A stretch of 64,000 nucleotides of DNA from Planctomycetota bacterium (lineage in GTDB: Bacteria; Planctomycetota; UBA1135; UBA2386). Each line of letters begins with the position of its first letter. The first letter of the stretch is position 1. The DNA lies in contig OZ245006.1 in the NCBI GenBank assembly GCA_965223545.1, positions 5,152,001-5,216,000 on the forward strand, given 5' to 3'. Under the pieces are notes generated by a model. The model did not search any database, was not told the DNA's origin, and saw nothing but the letters and a program-made list of their open reading frames with translations. A program made the translations under genes and the position numbers. Positions 50,434 to 60,908 of the stretch are shown piece by piece.

Positions 50434-51663
50434 ATGCGTGCAGGCCGTCAACCCACGAGAACCCTGGCCGCGGCCCTGGCGGCGGTGCTGGTGGCGGCCG
50501 GCGATGCCGTCGGGCAGCCGCCCAACGAGACCGCGCGACCGGGGATGGCCGTCGGCGAGGCCGAGGAAGGCGCCGAGGACGAGCAGCCCTCGGCAGCGAT
50601 GCGCGCGCTGACCGGCCGCGAGCACGCCTCGGTGATCCCGGCCTACACTCCCCGGCGTTTCGCCCCCGGCCAGAGCGGCGAGCTGGCGCTGGTGATCGCG
50701 CTGCGCGGAGACGCGGTGCTGCCCGTCGCCACCCGTTTCGAGGTGCTCTACGAGTCCGCCCAGGGCCCGGTCCAGCTCGGCACCTGGCAGCGCCGGCCGC
50801 CGCGGGCGCGCGCGCGGCCGCCCGGCACGGTGGCCCCCCCGCGCTACGACGACGTGATCCGCGTCGACATTCCGGTGCAGCTCGATGGCGATGCGGAGCC
50901 GGGCGTCCTGCACGTTCGCGTGCGGATCGGCACCGCGCTGCACCACGCCGATACGGGGGCTCCATTGGCGGACTTCGTCCAGGATGTCGTGTGTCCCCTC
51001 GAGGTCGGCGCGCCGTTGCCGATGCCGTTGCCCGTGCGGGGGCCAGGAGAGGAGGCTCCACCTGCGCCCGCGCCCGAGGCCCCGCCCGAAACGGTCCCCG
51101 CCGGGGACGCGGGTCCCGCCGCCGTGGTGAGCGCCGCCAACGGGTTCGCGTTGGTCGTTGCCGATCATGCGCGCTTGCCCGTCGGTGGCAGCGTCGAGAT
51201 TCCAGTTCGGCTGCAGATCCCGACCGGCATGCACGCGCTGCACGACGCCGAGCTCGAGACCCCGGCGCTGCGCGTCGAGCACGCCGGTGATCTGGAGTGG
51301 CGCGTGGTGGCGCCGGAGCCGCCGCCGGCGGGGGTGGTGCACGACGAGTGGGCGGCGTCGGTCGTGCTGCGCTGTGCGCTGGACGCCGAGCTCGGTGAGC
51401 GCGAGACCCGACTTGTGGTGCGCTATGCGCCGTGCGAGGGCGCGGCGTGTTTCCCGCCGGCTGAGCTCGGCACGCCGTTGGTGTTGCACGTCGTGAGTGA
51501 ATCCGGCGTCGCTGCGGACGAAGGGCTCTCCCGCGAGGGCGCGTCGGTTGCGCCGTCGACCGACGCTGCTCCCGTGCCCCCTATTGTCTGGTGGCTGTTG
51601 CTCGTTGTCGTCGGCTTTGGGGGGCTCGCGTGGTGGCGTGCGCGTGGCGTGCGGTCGGCGTAG
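50434..51663 (+). CDS. DsbD-N-like domain protein with C-terminal membrane anchor
   Basis: LQIPTGMH...YAPCEGAACFPP; C-terminal TM followed by basic residues. Confidence 0.65.
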   Translation: MRAGRQPTRTLAAALAAVLVAAGDAVGQPPNETARPGMAVGEAEEGAEDEQPSAAMRALTGREHASVIPAYTPRRFAPGQSGELALVIALRGDAVLPVATRFEVLYESAQGPVQLGTWQRRPPRARARPPGTVAPPRYDDVIRVDIPVQLDGDAEPGVLHVRVRIGTALHHADTGAPLADFVQDVVCPLEVGAPLPMPLPVRGPGEEAPPAPAPEAPPETVPAGDAGPAAVVSAANGFALVVADHARLPVGGSVEIPVRLQIPTGMHALHDAELETPALRVEHAGDLEWRVVAPEPPPAGVVHDEWAASVVLRCALDAELGERETRLVVRYAPCEGAACFPPAELGTPLVLHVVSESGVAADEGLSREGASVAPSTDAAPVPPIVWWLLLVVVGFGGLAWWRARGVRSA

Positions 51664-51751
51664 TCGAAGCGGTGCTGGTTGCAGCGGCGGACCCCGTGGT
51701 TACTTTGTGGACGCGTCGGCGGCCAGGCAATCTGAATCGAAGGGAGATGGA

Positions 51752-53137
51752 ATGCGGTACACACGTGCTGTGGTAGCCATGACCGTCGGTTGTTCGGTTT
51801 GGCCTACGTATGCCCAATCCGTTTCATGGAGCCAAGTTCCGTCCGGGCCCGTGCCGACGGGATACAACGGGCAGCTCGCCTACCATAAGCCGACGGACCA
51901 GCTCTTGTTATATGGCGCGGGGATACTTTACGATGAAATGTGGACCTTTCAGGGCTCTACATGGACTCGACGCACACCGCGAGTATCGCCTGGCGATAGA
52001 GGGGACTACGGCATCTGCTACCGGCCGGATGCGCGGGACATTTTTCTGTTCGGGGGCGATCGATGGACGGGTTCTGCATCGCTCAGCCTCGGTGATACGT
52101 GGTCGTGGAACGGGTCCCGCTGGCAGCCGTTGGGTTTTGGCGGGCCTGCGCGGTCCGGGATGGCGATGGCGTATGACACGGACCGGAAGCGAATTGTGAT
52201 GTTTGGCGGAGTTCGTTCCACGCTCGCAGGCGCCATCATGCTTGCAGATACGTGGGAATGGGATGGGCTGCAGTGGATCAGCGTGACGACGCCCGTGGCT
52301 CCTAGTCCAAGGGTCGGCTCTGGAATGACGTATGATCCAGTGCGTAGGCGCGTCGTGTTGTTTGGGGGTGTTTTCCCTGGACAATACCCGCTTGGTGACA
52401 CTTGGGAGTACGACGGATCGACCTGGACTCAGTTGTCTCCGGCCTTGGCACCCGGCGCGCGTGAGCCATCGCTCACTTGGGATAGTGCGCGAGAGGTTGC
52501 TGTGCTCTTCGGGGGAGTTGATTTTACGGTGCCTTGGGTGCAATTCTGGACCGACACCTGGGAATGGGACGGGAGCAATTGGTCCCAGAGGTTGGTGACA
52601 AGTCCCGGAGGGGTGTACAATGCGGGCACCTTTCGACCTGTATTCGACACCAAGAGGCGTCGAGTGGTGTCAATTCTCAACGACCCTCTAACGAATGCGC
52701 GCCAACTCTGGTCATATGGCCCGACGTCTCCGGCAACTGTCGCTACCTACGGCGCGGGATGCGCAGGGTTCTCCGGCCCAGCGTCGCTGAGTCCGGACTC
52801 GCTGCCGTGGATCGGCTCTCGAATGGCTTTGACATTGAGTGGCGCCGGCGCGGGCGTGCCGGTGCTCCTCTCAGCTGGCACGTCCAACTCGAATTGGCTC
52901 GGCACGCCGCTCCCGCTCTCGCTGTTGCCGACCGCCTGTCAGGTGCTTGCGTCGCCGGAGATCGTGTTCAGCGGGCTGTCCGACCCGCAGGGCACCGCAC
53001 GATGGAACTTGCCGTTGGCGAACATCCCGAGTTTGGTTGGACGATCGGTGTTCATTCAGGGCTATGCGCTCGACCAAACCGTGTCCACGGGGTTCGTGAC
53101 CTCGAACGGCGTCGATGCGGTCGTAGGGGCCAAGTAG
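51752..53137 (+). CDS. Secreted kelch-like beta-propeller protein with conserved C-terminal domain
   Basis: MAYD..R.RIVMFGG...DTWEWDG repeats; YGAGC...AC...QG..SN C-terminal domain. Confidence 0.85.
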   Translation: MRYTRAVVAMTVGCSVWPTYAQSVSWSQVPSGPVPTGYNGQLAYHKPTDQLLLYGAGILYDEMWTFQGSTWTRRTPRVSPGDRGDYGICYRPDARDIFLFGGDRWTGSASLSLGDTWSWNGSRWQPLGFGGPARSGMAMAYDTDRKRIVMFGGVRSTLAGAIMLADTWEWDGLQWISVTTPVAPSPRVGSGMTYDPVRRRVVLFGGVFPGQYPLGDTWEYDGSTWTQLSPALAPGAREPSLTWDSAREVAVLFGGVDFTVPWVQFWTDTWEWDGSNWSQRLVTSPGGVYNAGTFRPVFDTKRRRVVSILNDPLTNARQLWSYGPTSPATVATYGAGCAGFSGPASLSPDSLPWIGSRMALTLSGAGAGVPVLLSAGTSNSNWLGTPLPLSLLPTACQVLASPEIVFSGLSDPQGTARWNLPLANIPSLVGRSVFIQGYALDQTVSTGFVTSNGVDAVVGAK

Positions 53138-53219
53138 CGGTTCGTCGGTGCGCGTCGCGAGTTTGCGCGACTGGGGCTGATTCGGCGCTCCCCCCGAGAG
53201 AGTGGTGCGCGAGGCACCC

Positions 53220-53669
53220 TCAGCGCGAGCGGTTCCACATGTCCACTTGCACCTGCCACTCCCCGTCCGCGTCGCGCGTCCAAACGATGACGAACGGCCC
53301 GGTGACCGAGCTGCTCGCACCGTCGCGATCCACCGTGTACTCGAACGTGCCGACCGAGTAGGCCAGCTCCGCGGTCCCGCCCGCCTGGACCGTCTCGATG
53401 CGCGTGTCACGCACGGTCGCGCCGGCCGGGGCGGCAAGCGCGCGGAGGGCCGCCTCGCCCTGCAGGATCTTGCCGTTGGGGGGCACGAGCACGGTGTCGG
53501 TGGCGTGCATGGCGGCCGCGGCGGCGAGGTCGCCGCGTTCGCCGTGGGCGATCAGCTCCTGATTGCGGCGCTCGAGCTGGGTGCGGATCGCTTTGGCGGG
53601 GAGGAGACCGGTGCGGCAGGCGCCCAGGGCGCAGAGGAGCGCGATAGGGATCATCGAGAGACACTGCAT
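53220..53669 (-). CDS. NTF2-like / DUF4440 lipoprotein
   Basis: Lipobox LGAC; G.FVIVW.R..DGEWQV.VDMWN. Confidence 0.8.
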   Translation of the reverse strand: MQCLSMIPIALLCALGACRTGLLPAKAIRTQLERRNQELIAHGERGDLAAAAAMHATDTVLVPPNGKILQGEAALRALAAPAGATVRDTRIETVQAGGTAELAYSVGTFEYTVDRDGASSSVTGPFVIVWTRDADGEWQVQVDMWNRSR

Positions 53670-53821
53670 CGTTCCGCTGGCCTACCGGGTGCCGTGCAGT
53701 CGCTCAAGAGTCGCGGCGGGATGCCGTGGTTTTGCGGCGTGTCGCGAGCCACGGAACACGCCCTGTCCGTATGGTGGTCGGATCGGGTTGGCCACCGCGC
53801 CGACCCGGAAGAGGCCCCAAG

Positions 53822-56797
53822 ATGTCGACCGAAGAGCATCGCGCCAAAGAGCTGTTCGAGCGGACGCTCGAGCTGCCGTCCGACCAACGCGGCGCGATGC
53901 TCGATGCCGAGTGCGGCGCGGACGTGGGCTTGCGCGCGCGGGTGGACAGTCTGCTCTCGGCGTTGGGCCAGGCCGACGGATTCCTCGCCGATGCGGGGGC
54001 GGCCGTGGTCGAGCAGTCCGGCCAGGTGATCGGGCGCTACAAGCTGCTGCAGCAGATCGGCGAGGGTGGCTTTGGCAGCGTGTGGATGGCCGAGCAGATG
54101 GTGCCGGTGCGGCGCCGGCTGGCGCTCAAGATCATCAAGCTGGGCATGGACACTCGGCAGGTCGTGGCGCGGTTCGAGGCGGAACGCCAGGCGTTGGCGA
54201 TGATGGACCACCCGGGCATCGCCAAGGTGCTGGACGCGGGGTCCACGGAGACCGGCCGGCCGTACTTCGTGATGGAGCTGGTGCGCGGCGTGCCCATCAC
54301 GCAGTACTGCGATGAGGCCGGGCTGTCGGTGGAGGAGCGGTTGGCGCTCGTCGAGCAGGTGTGCGAGGCGGTGCAGCACGCACATCAGAAGGGCGTGATC
54401 CACCGCGACCTCAAGCCCAGCAACGTGCTGGTTTCGGTGCGCGACGGGGTGGCGGCGCCGAAGGTCATCGACTTCGGCATCGCGAAGGCGACCAATCAGG
54501 AGCTGACGCAGAAGACGCTGTTCACCGAGCTGCGCCAGATGGTGGGGACGCCGGAGTACATGGCGCCCGAGCAGGCGGAGCTCTCGGGCTTGGACGTCGA
54601 CACCCGCGCCGACGTGTACAGCCTCGGCGTCATGCTCTACGAGCTGCTGACCGGCACGCTGCCGTTCGAGATGGAGGACGCGCGCCGGCGCGGCTACGAC
54701 GAGATGGTGCGTCGGATTCGCGAGTCCGACCCGCCCAAGCCGTCGACCCGTATCAGTGGTCTCGACCAGCGGCTCGCGGCGATTGCCAAGCAACGCAAGA
54801 CCGAGCCGCGGCGGTTGGGGCGGATGCTGCGCGGCGAATTGGACTGGGTGGTGATGCGCGCTTTGGAGAAGGAGCGGGGCCGCCGGTATCCGACGGCGAG
54901 CGCGCTGGCGGAAGATCTGCGGCGCTACCTCGCCGATCTGCCGGTGGAGGCGAGCCCGCCTTCGGCCCTCTACCGGCTGCGCAAGTTTGGCCGGCGCAAC
55001 CGGACCGCGGTGGCGGCGGCGGCGGCGGTGGTCGTCGCCCTGGTGGCTGGCGGGGCCGCGGCGCTGGTCGGCATGCAGCGCGCGCAGGAGGCCGAGGGTC
55101 GGGCCCAGCATCAGGCGGCGCGTGCCACGGCGGTGCTGTCCTTGATGGAGGACCTGTTGGGCACCGCCAACCCGCACGAGCACAAGGGGCCCGACTACAC
55201 GGTGCGCGCTCTGCTGCAGGAGTTCGACCAAGAGCTGACGCGGTCGCCGCCCGAGGTGCCGGCGGTGGAGGCGGCGCTGCGGTTCACCATGGGGCGCGCG
55301 TTCCGCCGCCTCGGGCTGTTCGACGCTGCCGAAGCCAATCTCGCGCGCGCGCTGGAGCTGCGCGGTGTACCGATTCCCGGAGTCGCGACCGGCGAGGCGG
55401 CGGCCCCGGCCGAGGTCGCCGACGTTCTGTGGGAATGGACGTGGCTGCTGCACGACCGCGGCGACTACCGCGAGGCGATGGACGCCTTGAGCGACGCGCG
55501 TGCGGCGGCCGAGCGGCGGGGCGACCCCGTGGCCGAGATGGCGCGGTTCGTCTACACCGAGGCTGACCTGCTGCGCCATTTCGGCGAGCTGCCGGAGGCC
55601 GAGGCCGCGGCGCGGCGCGCGGTCGCGATGCTGGCGGACGCCGGCGCGCGCGGGGAGCACGTGGCCCACGCCCACGACATGCTGGGGCTGGCGCTGTCCT
55701 CCGCCGGGCGCAACGCCGAGGCGGCGGAGGCCTACTGGGTCGCGATCGAGGTGCTGCGGGAGATGCACGACGGCGACCACCTCTCGATCGCCGCGCTGCA
55801 GCACAACTACGGCCTCGCCCGGTTCAAGGCCGGCGAGCGGCGCGAGGGGGAGCGCGACCTGCGCCAGGCGCTGGCCGTGCGCGAGCGCTTGTTGGGAGAG
55901 GAGCACCACCTGGCGCACACCAGCCGCCGCGCGCTGTCGACCGTGCTCTACAACGCCAATCAGCTGGCCGAAGCCGAGGACCTGGCGCGCCGCGCTCTGG
56001 CCTACGAGCGGGCGCGGTTGCCGCAGCCCCGCGCGGAGACCACCGAGATGGTGTTCAACTTGGCGCAGATTCGGCGCTACCGCGGCGACCTTGACGAGGC
56101 GGCGGAGCTGCACCGCCAGGCACTCGCCGACTACACCGCGTTGGGCGCCGCGCCGGCCGTTCTGCAGCGCAGCAACGGTCTGCTGGCGGAGGTCTGCATG
56201 GGGCTGGGACAGCACGCGGAGGCCGAGCGCCTGGCGCGCGCGGTGTGGCGCTGGGCCGAGCAAGAGTATGACGAAGGCCATCCGAGCCGGCTGGCCGCGC
56301 AGCGCCGGATGGGCGTGGTCCTGCGCGGGGCCGGACGGCTCGAGGCGGCGGTGCCCTGGCTGCAGGCGGTGGTCGATGCGCAGCGCGCTGCGGGCGCGGA
56401 ACCCAGCGCGAGGCTCGCCTCCGACCTCGCGCTGTGGGGTGCGACGCTGGCGGATCTCGAACGCTGGGCGGCCGCCGCGCCGGTGTTGGCCGAGTGCGCC
56501 GAGATGCGGCGCGCGCTGATGGGGGATCACTGGCTGCGTTGGAACGCCGAGAGCTTGTGGGGTTTGGCTCTGTTCCATCTCGACCGCCACGACGAGGCGG
56601 AGCCGCGGTTGCGCGCCGCCGCCGAGAACCTACGGCCGCCGGCGCGGGCGCTGTTCCGCCGGCGCGAGGCGGTGGAGCGGGTGTTGCTGCTGTGCCGCGC
56701 GCGAGCGGCCGACGGGGTCGATGGGGCCCAGGCCGACGCCGAGCACTGGGAGGGCGTCCTGGCGACGCTCGCCGAGGACGGGGGCCCGCCCAAGTAG
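53822..56797 (+). CDS. Ser/Thr protein kinase with TPR repeats
   Basis: GEGGFG; ALK; HRDLKPSN; DFG; GTPEYMAPE; TM segment; TPR repeats. Confidence 0.95.
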   Translation: MSTEEHRAKELFERTLELPSDQRGAMLDAECGADVGLRARVDSLLSALGQADGFLADAGAAVVEQSGQVIGRYKLLQQIGEGGFGSVWMAEQMVPVRRRLALKIIKLGMDTRQVVARFEAERQALAMMDHPGIAKVLDAGSTETGRPYFVMELVRGVPITQYCDEAGLSVEERLALVEQVCEAVQHAHQKGVIHRDLKPSNVLVSVRDGVAAPKVIDFGIAKATNQELTQKTLFTELRQMVGTPEYMAPEQAELSGLDVDTRADVYSLGVMLYELLTGTLPFEMEDARRRGYDEMVRRIRESDPPKPSTRISGLDQRLAAIAKQRKTEPRRLGRMLRGELDWVVMRALEKERGRRYPTASALAEDLRRYLADLPVEASPPSALYRLRKFGRRNRTAVAAAAAVVVALVAGGAAALVGMQRAQEAEGRAQHQAARATAVLSLMEDLLGTANPHEHKGPDYTVRALLQEFDQELTRSPPEVPAVEAALRFTMGRAFRRLGLFDAAEANLARALELRGVPIPGVATGEAAAPAEVADVLWEWTWLLHDRGDYREAMDALSDARAAAERRGDPVAEMARFVYTEADLLRHFGELPEAEAAARRAVAMLADAGARGEHVAHAHDMLGLALSSAGRNAEAAEAYWVAIEVLREMHDGDHLSIAALQHNYGLARFKAGERREGERDLRQALAVRERLLGEEHHLAHTSRRALSTVLYNANQLAEAEDLARRALAYERARLPQPRAETTEMVFNLAQIRRYRGDLDEAAELHRQALADYTALGAAPAVLQRSNGLLAEVCMGLGQHAEAERLARAVWRWAEQEYDEGHPSRLAAQRRMGVVLRGAGRLEAAVPWLQAVVDAQRAAGAEPSARLASDLALWGATLADLERWAAAAPVLAECAEMRRALMGDHWLRWNAESLWGLALFHLDRHDEAEPRLRAAAENLRPPARALFRRREAVERVLLLCRARAADGVDGAQADAEHWEGVLATLAEDGGPPK

Positions 56798-57071
56798 CGG
56801 AGCGCTGTTTTCTGCCGTTCCTGAATTTCGACAGCCGCCGTCGGTAATCACTCCGGATCTGCCATTTTGGCGTGGGAGGCCGCGACCGCCGGACGGCGGG
56901 GCGCGGCCAAAAGCGCGGCCTTTGGCTCCGCGGTGCGGATCCTCGTAAATGGCGTTCCCTAGGGGTCTTGGGACTTGCTCGTTTTTCCGGGATCCGGGAG
57001 CGCGGTGCGCTCTACCAGCGTTGGACCACTAGTTGTAGGTCAGTCCACACACCGTTGACCAAGGAGAACTC

Positions 57072-58262
57072 ATGATTCGCTTCGAACACCGCCAGCCGGA
57101 TCGGGAGCCGGTGCGTCTGCGCGCCGGTGACGCGGTCACGCTCGCGCAGCTCGACCAGCTGCTCGACGTGCCGACTAGTGATTTCGAGCGTACCGTGACG
57201 CGCTTGGTCAAGACGTTCCGCGCCAAGAAGCTCTCGCTGGCGTTGCCGGCGGGCGAGCAGCGGGTGCCGCTGCGGGCGGTCGGGTCGCGCGGTGGCTGGT
57301 CGCGGCTGTACTCGGCGCAGGTGCAGGCGCTGCCGAAGATGGAGCGGGCCGAGGAGTTCGCGATGGCGCGGCGCTACGACTTCGTGCGCGCCCGCGCGGT
57401 CGCGGCGCTGCGGGAGACCGGCGCCGACGACGACGCGGCGCGCCAGGTGCTGGCCCGCGGTCGTGGCGAGCTGCCCCCCGGGGCGAGCCGCCTGCGGCCG
57501 GCGGCCGCCGCCAATCTCACCGCCGCGCTGGACGACTACGAGCAGCTCCGCAACCTCTACGTCGAGGGCGCGTTGTACATGGTGCTCGGCTGCGTGCAGC
57601 GCTACCGCAACATGGGCGTCGACACGGTCGACCTGATCCAGGAGGGCAACGCCTCGCTGTTCCAGGCCATCGAGGGATTCGACTGGCGGCGCGAGGTCCG
57701 CTTCAAGACCTACGCCCAGTACTGGATCCATCAGGCCTTGCTCAAGGTGCTCTACAACTCGTCGCGCACCGTGCGGCTGCCGGTCTGGGTGCAGAAGGCA
57801 CTGACCAAGATCCGCCGCGTGGCGGAGTCGGGGCGGCAGGCATCCGGCGAGGATCCTTCGGCCGAGTCGATCGGCGCCGAGCTGGGCATGACCGGCGACC
57901 GCGTGCGCGAGCTGCTCGGTGTCAAGCGCTACACGATGAGCCTGGACGCCGAGATGGCCGGGGACGACGGCGCGACGCTGGCACAGCTGTTGGCCGACAA
58001 CGACGCCGTGCCGGTCGAGGACTCGCTCGACGACGGCGACCTGAGCGCGTGCTTGAACCGCGTGATGGCGGATCTGCCCTCGCGTGAGCTGACCATCCTG
58101 CGCCGGCGTTTCGGTCTGGACGGCAAGGAGCCCGAGACGCTGGGTGAGATCGCCGCCGACATGGGGATCACCGCCGAGCGGGTCCGGCAGCTGCAAAAGG
58201 CCGCGTTGGGCCGCTTGCAGCGGCCATCCAAGGTGCGGCAGCTGCGCGCGTACGCCGGCTGA
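57072..58262 (+). CDS. Sigma-70 family (RpoD/RpoS-like) sigma factor
   Basis: AAGGAG RBS; DLIQEGN; FKTYAQYWI; RTVRLPV; TLGEIA..MGITAERVRQL. Confidence 0.92.
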   Translation: MIRFEHRQPDREPVRLRAGDAVTLAQLDQLLDVPTSDFERTVTRLVKTFRAKKLSLALPAGEQRVPLRAVGSRGGWSRLYSAQVQALPKMERAEEFAMARRYDFVRARAVAALRETGADDDAARQVLARGRGELPPGASRLRPAAAANLTAALDDYEQLRNLYVEGALYMVLGCVQRYRNMGVDTVDLIQEGNASLFQAIEGFDWRREVRFKTYAQYWIHQALLKVLYNSSRTVRLPVWVQKALTKIRRVAESGRQASGEDPSAESIGAELGMTGDRVRELLGVKRYTMSLDAEMAGDDGATLAQLLADNDAVPVEDSLDDGDLSACLNRVMADLPSRELTILRRRFGLDGKEPETLGEIAADMGITAERVRQLQKAALGRLQRPSKVRQLRAYAG

Positions 58263-58284
58263 TGCAGAGGTATCGCGGCCGTCG

Positions 58285-59124
58285 CTATCGGCGCGGCCGC
58301 TCGTGGCTGAGACGCTCGTAGACGTCGGGCCGCCGGTCCTTGTGCACCGGCAGGATGCGCCGCATGGTGCGCACTTTGCGCAGCTCGACGCGTGCCACCA
58401 CCGGCTCGTCCTCGCCGGCGCCGCCGGCCAGGGTCTCGCCCATCGGGTCGATGATGCGGCTGTCGCCGGGGAAGGTCAGGCTGTCGTCGTTCTTCAGTGA
58501 CGGCTCCTGACCGGTTCGGTTGCAGCCGATCACGAACATCTCGTTCTCGATCGCGCGCGCTTTCAGCAGCGTGCGCCAGTGCGTGGCGCGCGCCTCGGGC
58601 CACTGCGACGGCACCGCCATGATCGCGACGTCGCGCTCGAAGTAGTAGCGCACCAGCTCGGGAAAGCGGATGTCGTAGCAGATCAGCACGCCGACGCGGC
58701 CCAGCGAAGTGTCCGCGATCAGCGGGGTATCACCGGCGGACAAGTGGCGGTTCTCGGCGTTGGGCGAGAACAGGTGGATCTTGCGGTACGAGCCCAGGAC
58801 CTCACCGCGATCCACGACCAGCGCGCGGTTGTAGAAGTCGCCGGCCTCCGGCTCGATCCCGCCGCCGACGACGATCACGCCGAGGTCGCCGGACAGCTCC
58901 TGCACCGCACGCTCGGCCTGCAGGGAAGCCTCGACGATGCCTGGCGTGATCTCCTTGAGGAAGCTGGTGGTCCACATCTCCGGCAGTACGCACAGGCGTG
59001 CGCCGGCTTCCGCTGCCCGTTGCAGCAGCTGCGTCGCGCAGCGCAGGTTCTCCTCGACCTCGCCGCGCTGGACGTTGAACTGCACGCAGGCGCAATCGAA
59101 TGCCTGTTTGTCGGAAGATGCCAT
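58285..59124 (-). CDS. Carbon-nitrogen hydrolase (nitrilase superfamily, omega-amidase-like)
   Basis: Catalytic triad motifs LPEM, YRKIHL, ICYDIRFPE. Confidence 0.92.
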   Translation of the reverse strand: MASSDKQAFDCACVQFNVQRGEVEENLRCATQLLQRAAEAGARLCVLPEMWTTSFLKEITPGIVEASLQAERAVQELSGDLGVIVVGGGIEPEAGDFYNRALVVDRGEVLGSYRKIHLFSPNAENRHLSAGDTPLIADTSLGRVGVLICYDIRFPELVRYYFERDVAIMAVPSQWPEARATHWRTLLKARAIENEMFVIGCNRTGQEPSLKNDDSLTFPGDSRIIDPMGETLAGGAGEDEPVVARVELRKVRTMRRILPVHKDRRPDVYERLSHERPRR

Positions 59125-59262
59125 CGGGACGGTGTGGTCAGCCGGAGGGCTTGCGGCTGGCTGGTCCTAAGGGCCTCGGACCATACCGGTGATGACCGGA
59201 CAGCGTAACGCCCGGCGCCGAGAATCGACCTCGCCGCCGGCGTCTCGCTGCAAGCCGCTGCG

Positions 59263-59724
59263 TCAGCGGTCGCGGTTCTCGCCGTCGACCAGCAGCTCGC
59301 TGTTGTCGCCGCGGTTGCGGGACGGGCGCGGGGCGCTGCCGGTGCGCGTGTCGGCGATCAGTTGGTCGCTGGGCTTGAACATGATGGTCTCTTTGTCAGC
59401 GACCGCGATGCTCTCGCCCGTCAGCGGGTGCTTGTACGCGCGGCCCTTGCGGATCCGTCGCTCGAACGTCCCGAACCCCTTCACTGCCACCTTGCCGCGG
59501 CCGCGGAGAAGATCGCGAACGGAGTCGAGCACGGCGTCGAGGACGCGCGCTGCTGTGCGACGGGGAACGTTCAGCTCCCTGGCGATGCGATCCGCGAGGA
59601 TCCCTTTGTTGGCTTGCCTGCCCAACGTCCCTTCTCCTCCGGTCTCGGTCGTGACCACCGTGTTCGTTCCGCGCTCTTGGCTCTTCACGTTCACGTCCTT
59701 CTGTTCATTCTTCAAGCCGGTCAT
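59263..59724 (-). CDS. HU/IHF-family DNA-binding protein with terminal extensions
   Basis: KV.VKGFGTFE.R.RK.R...HPLTGE.I......FKPS. Confidence 0.88.
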   Translation of the reverse strand: MTGLKNEQKDVNVKSQERGTNTVVTTETGGEGTLGRQANKGILADRIARELNVPRRTAARVLDAVLDSVRDLLRGRGKVAVKGFGTFERRIRKGRAYKHPLTGESIAVADKETIMFKPSDQLIADTRTGSAPRPSRNRGDNSELLVDGENRDR

Positions 59725-59786
59725 CTGCTCCCTCTTCCCTTCGACAAAGCGCGCTGCCGAACTCATGCCCCGTCGCCGAATTGCGC

Positions 59787-60587
59787 TCAGATGCGGGTGC
59801 CCGATGCTGTCGGCAGAAGCCGCTCCAGCGATGCGACCACACGCTTGACGTAGCGCGTCAGGACGCTGTCCGGGTATGCCTCACAGAACGGCTTCCGCGC
59901 CACCACCGCCGCCTCGACGATGGTGTCTTCGGGCACCAGGCCCAACAGGTTCAGGTCGAATCCCAAGAACCGATAGGCGCAGTCCTTGAGCTTCTTGTAG
60001 ACCTGCTCGGCCTCTTCGGGCGAACGCGCCCGGTTGACCAGCAGGTGTAGCTTCGAGCGATACTGCTCCTGGACGGCGGTCTTGATGATGCCGTAGGCAT
60101 CCGCGATCGCCGCGAAATCGGGGGTCGTCACCACGATCGTGTGGTCGGCGACGGCGACGAAGTCGGTCACCGAACGGGCGATGCCCGCCGAGGTGTCGAG
60201 CAGGATGACGTCGCAGAACGGGCGCAGCTCGAGGACCGCGTCGACGATGCGCTTGCGGCCGGCCTCGTCGAGGTTGGCCATCTCTTGGACACCGCTGCCG
60301 CCGGAGATCAGCTTCAGGCCGCCGGGCCCCGGCGCGATGATGTCCACCAGCTCCGCGTCGCCGCTGAGGTAGTCGGTGAGCGACTTGGCGGGTTTGACGC
60401 CGGCGACGATGTGGGTGTTCGCGAGCCCCAGATCCACGTCCACGATGATCGTGCGCAGGTTCCGCTTGGCGAACTCGACGCTCAAGTTGACGGAGAGCGA
60501 GGTCTTGCCCACGCCACCCTTGCCGGATGTAACGGCAAATACGGTGGCCCCGTCTGATGGTGTTCCTGGTCTGGGTGTGAGACTCAC
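59787..60587 (-). CDS. MinD/FlhG(FleN)-like ATPase
   Basis: VTSGKGGVGKT; DVDLGLAN; DTSAGI; TTPD..AI.DAY..IK. Confidence 0.9.
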   Translation of the reverse strand: MSLTPRPGTPSDGATVFAVTSGKGGVGKTSLSVNLSVEFAKRNLRTIIVDVDLGLANTHIVAGVKPAKSLTDYLSGDAELVDIIAPGPGGLKLISGGSGVQEMANLDEAGRKRIVDAVLELRPFCDVILLDTSAGIARSVTDFVAVADHTIVVTTPDFAAIADAYGIIKTAVQEQYRSKLHLLVNRARSPEEAEQVYKKLKDCAYRFLGFDLNLLGLVPEDTIVEAAVVARKPFCEAYPDSVLTRYVKRVVASLERLLPTASGTRI

Positions 60588-60908
60588 AAGGACTCCCCTT
60601 CCGGAGGTAGCAGCCGGTCGTTCCGGCCCCGCTGCCTTTTCGGCCTGTCGACCGACTCGCGTTTAGTCCCGATTCGGAAACGATCGGCGCCGGCGTCGAA
60701 CCGCCGACGGCGGCGCGAGTTCGCGAACCGACGCCGGCCGCTGGGCGCGCTTCGAGGGTTGCGCAGCGCCGGATGCGACGCGGCATCCGGCACTACCCGG
60801 GGACCTCCGGATCAGGGCGATACCTCAACTCGGCTCGCCGGCTTGGCCGATCAAACAGGGCAGCCGCAGCGGAGCTGGCGGCAAAGGCTCGCCCGTGGGC
60901 AGAACACC

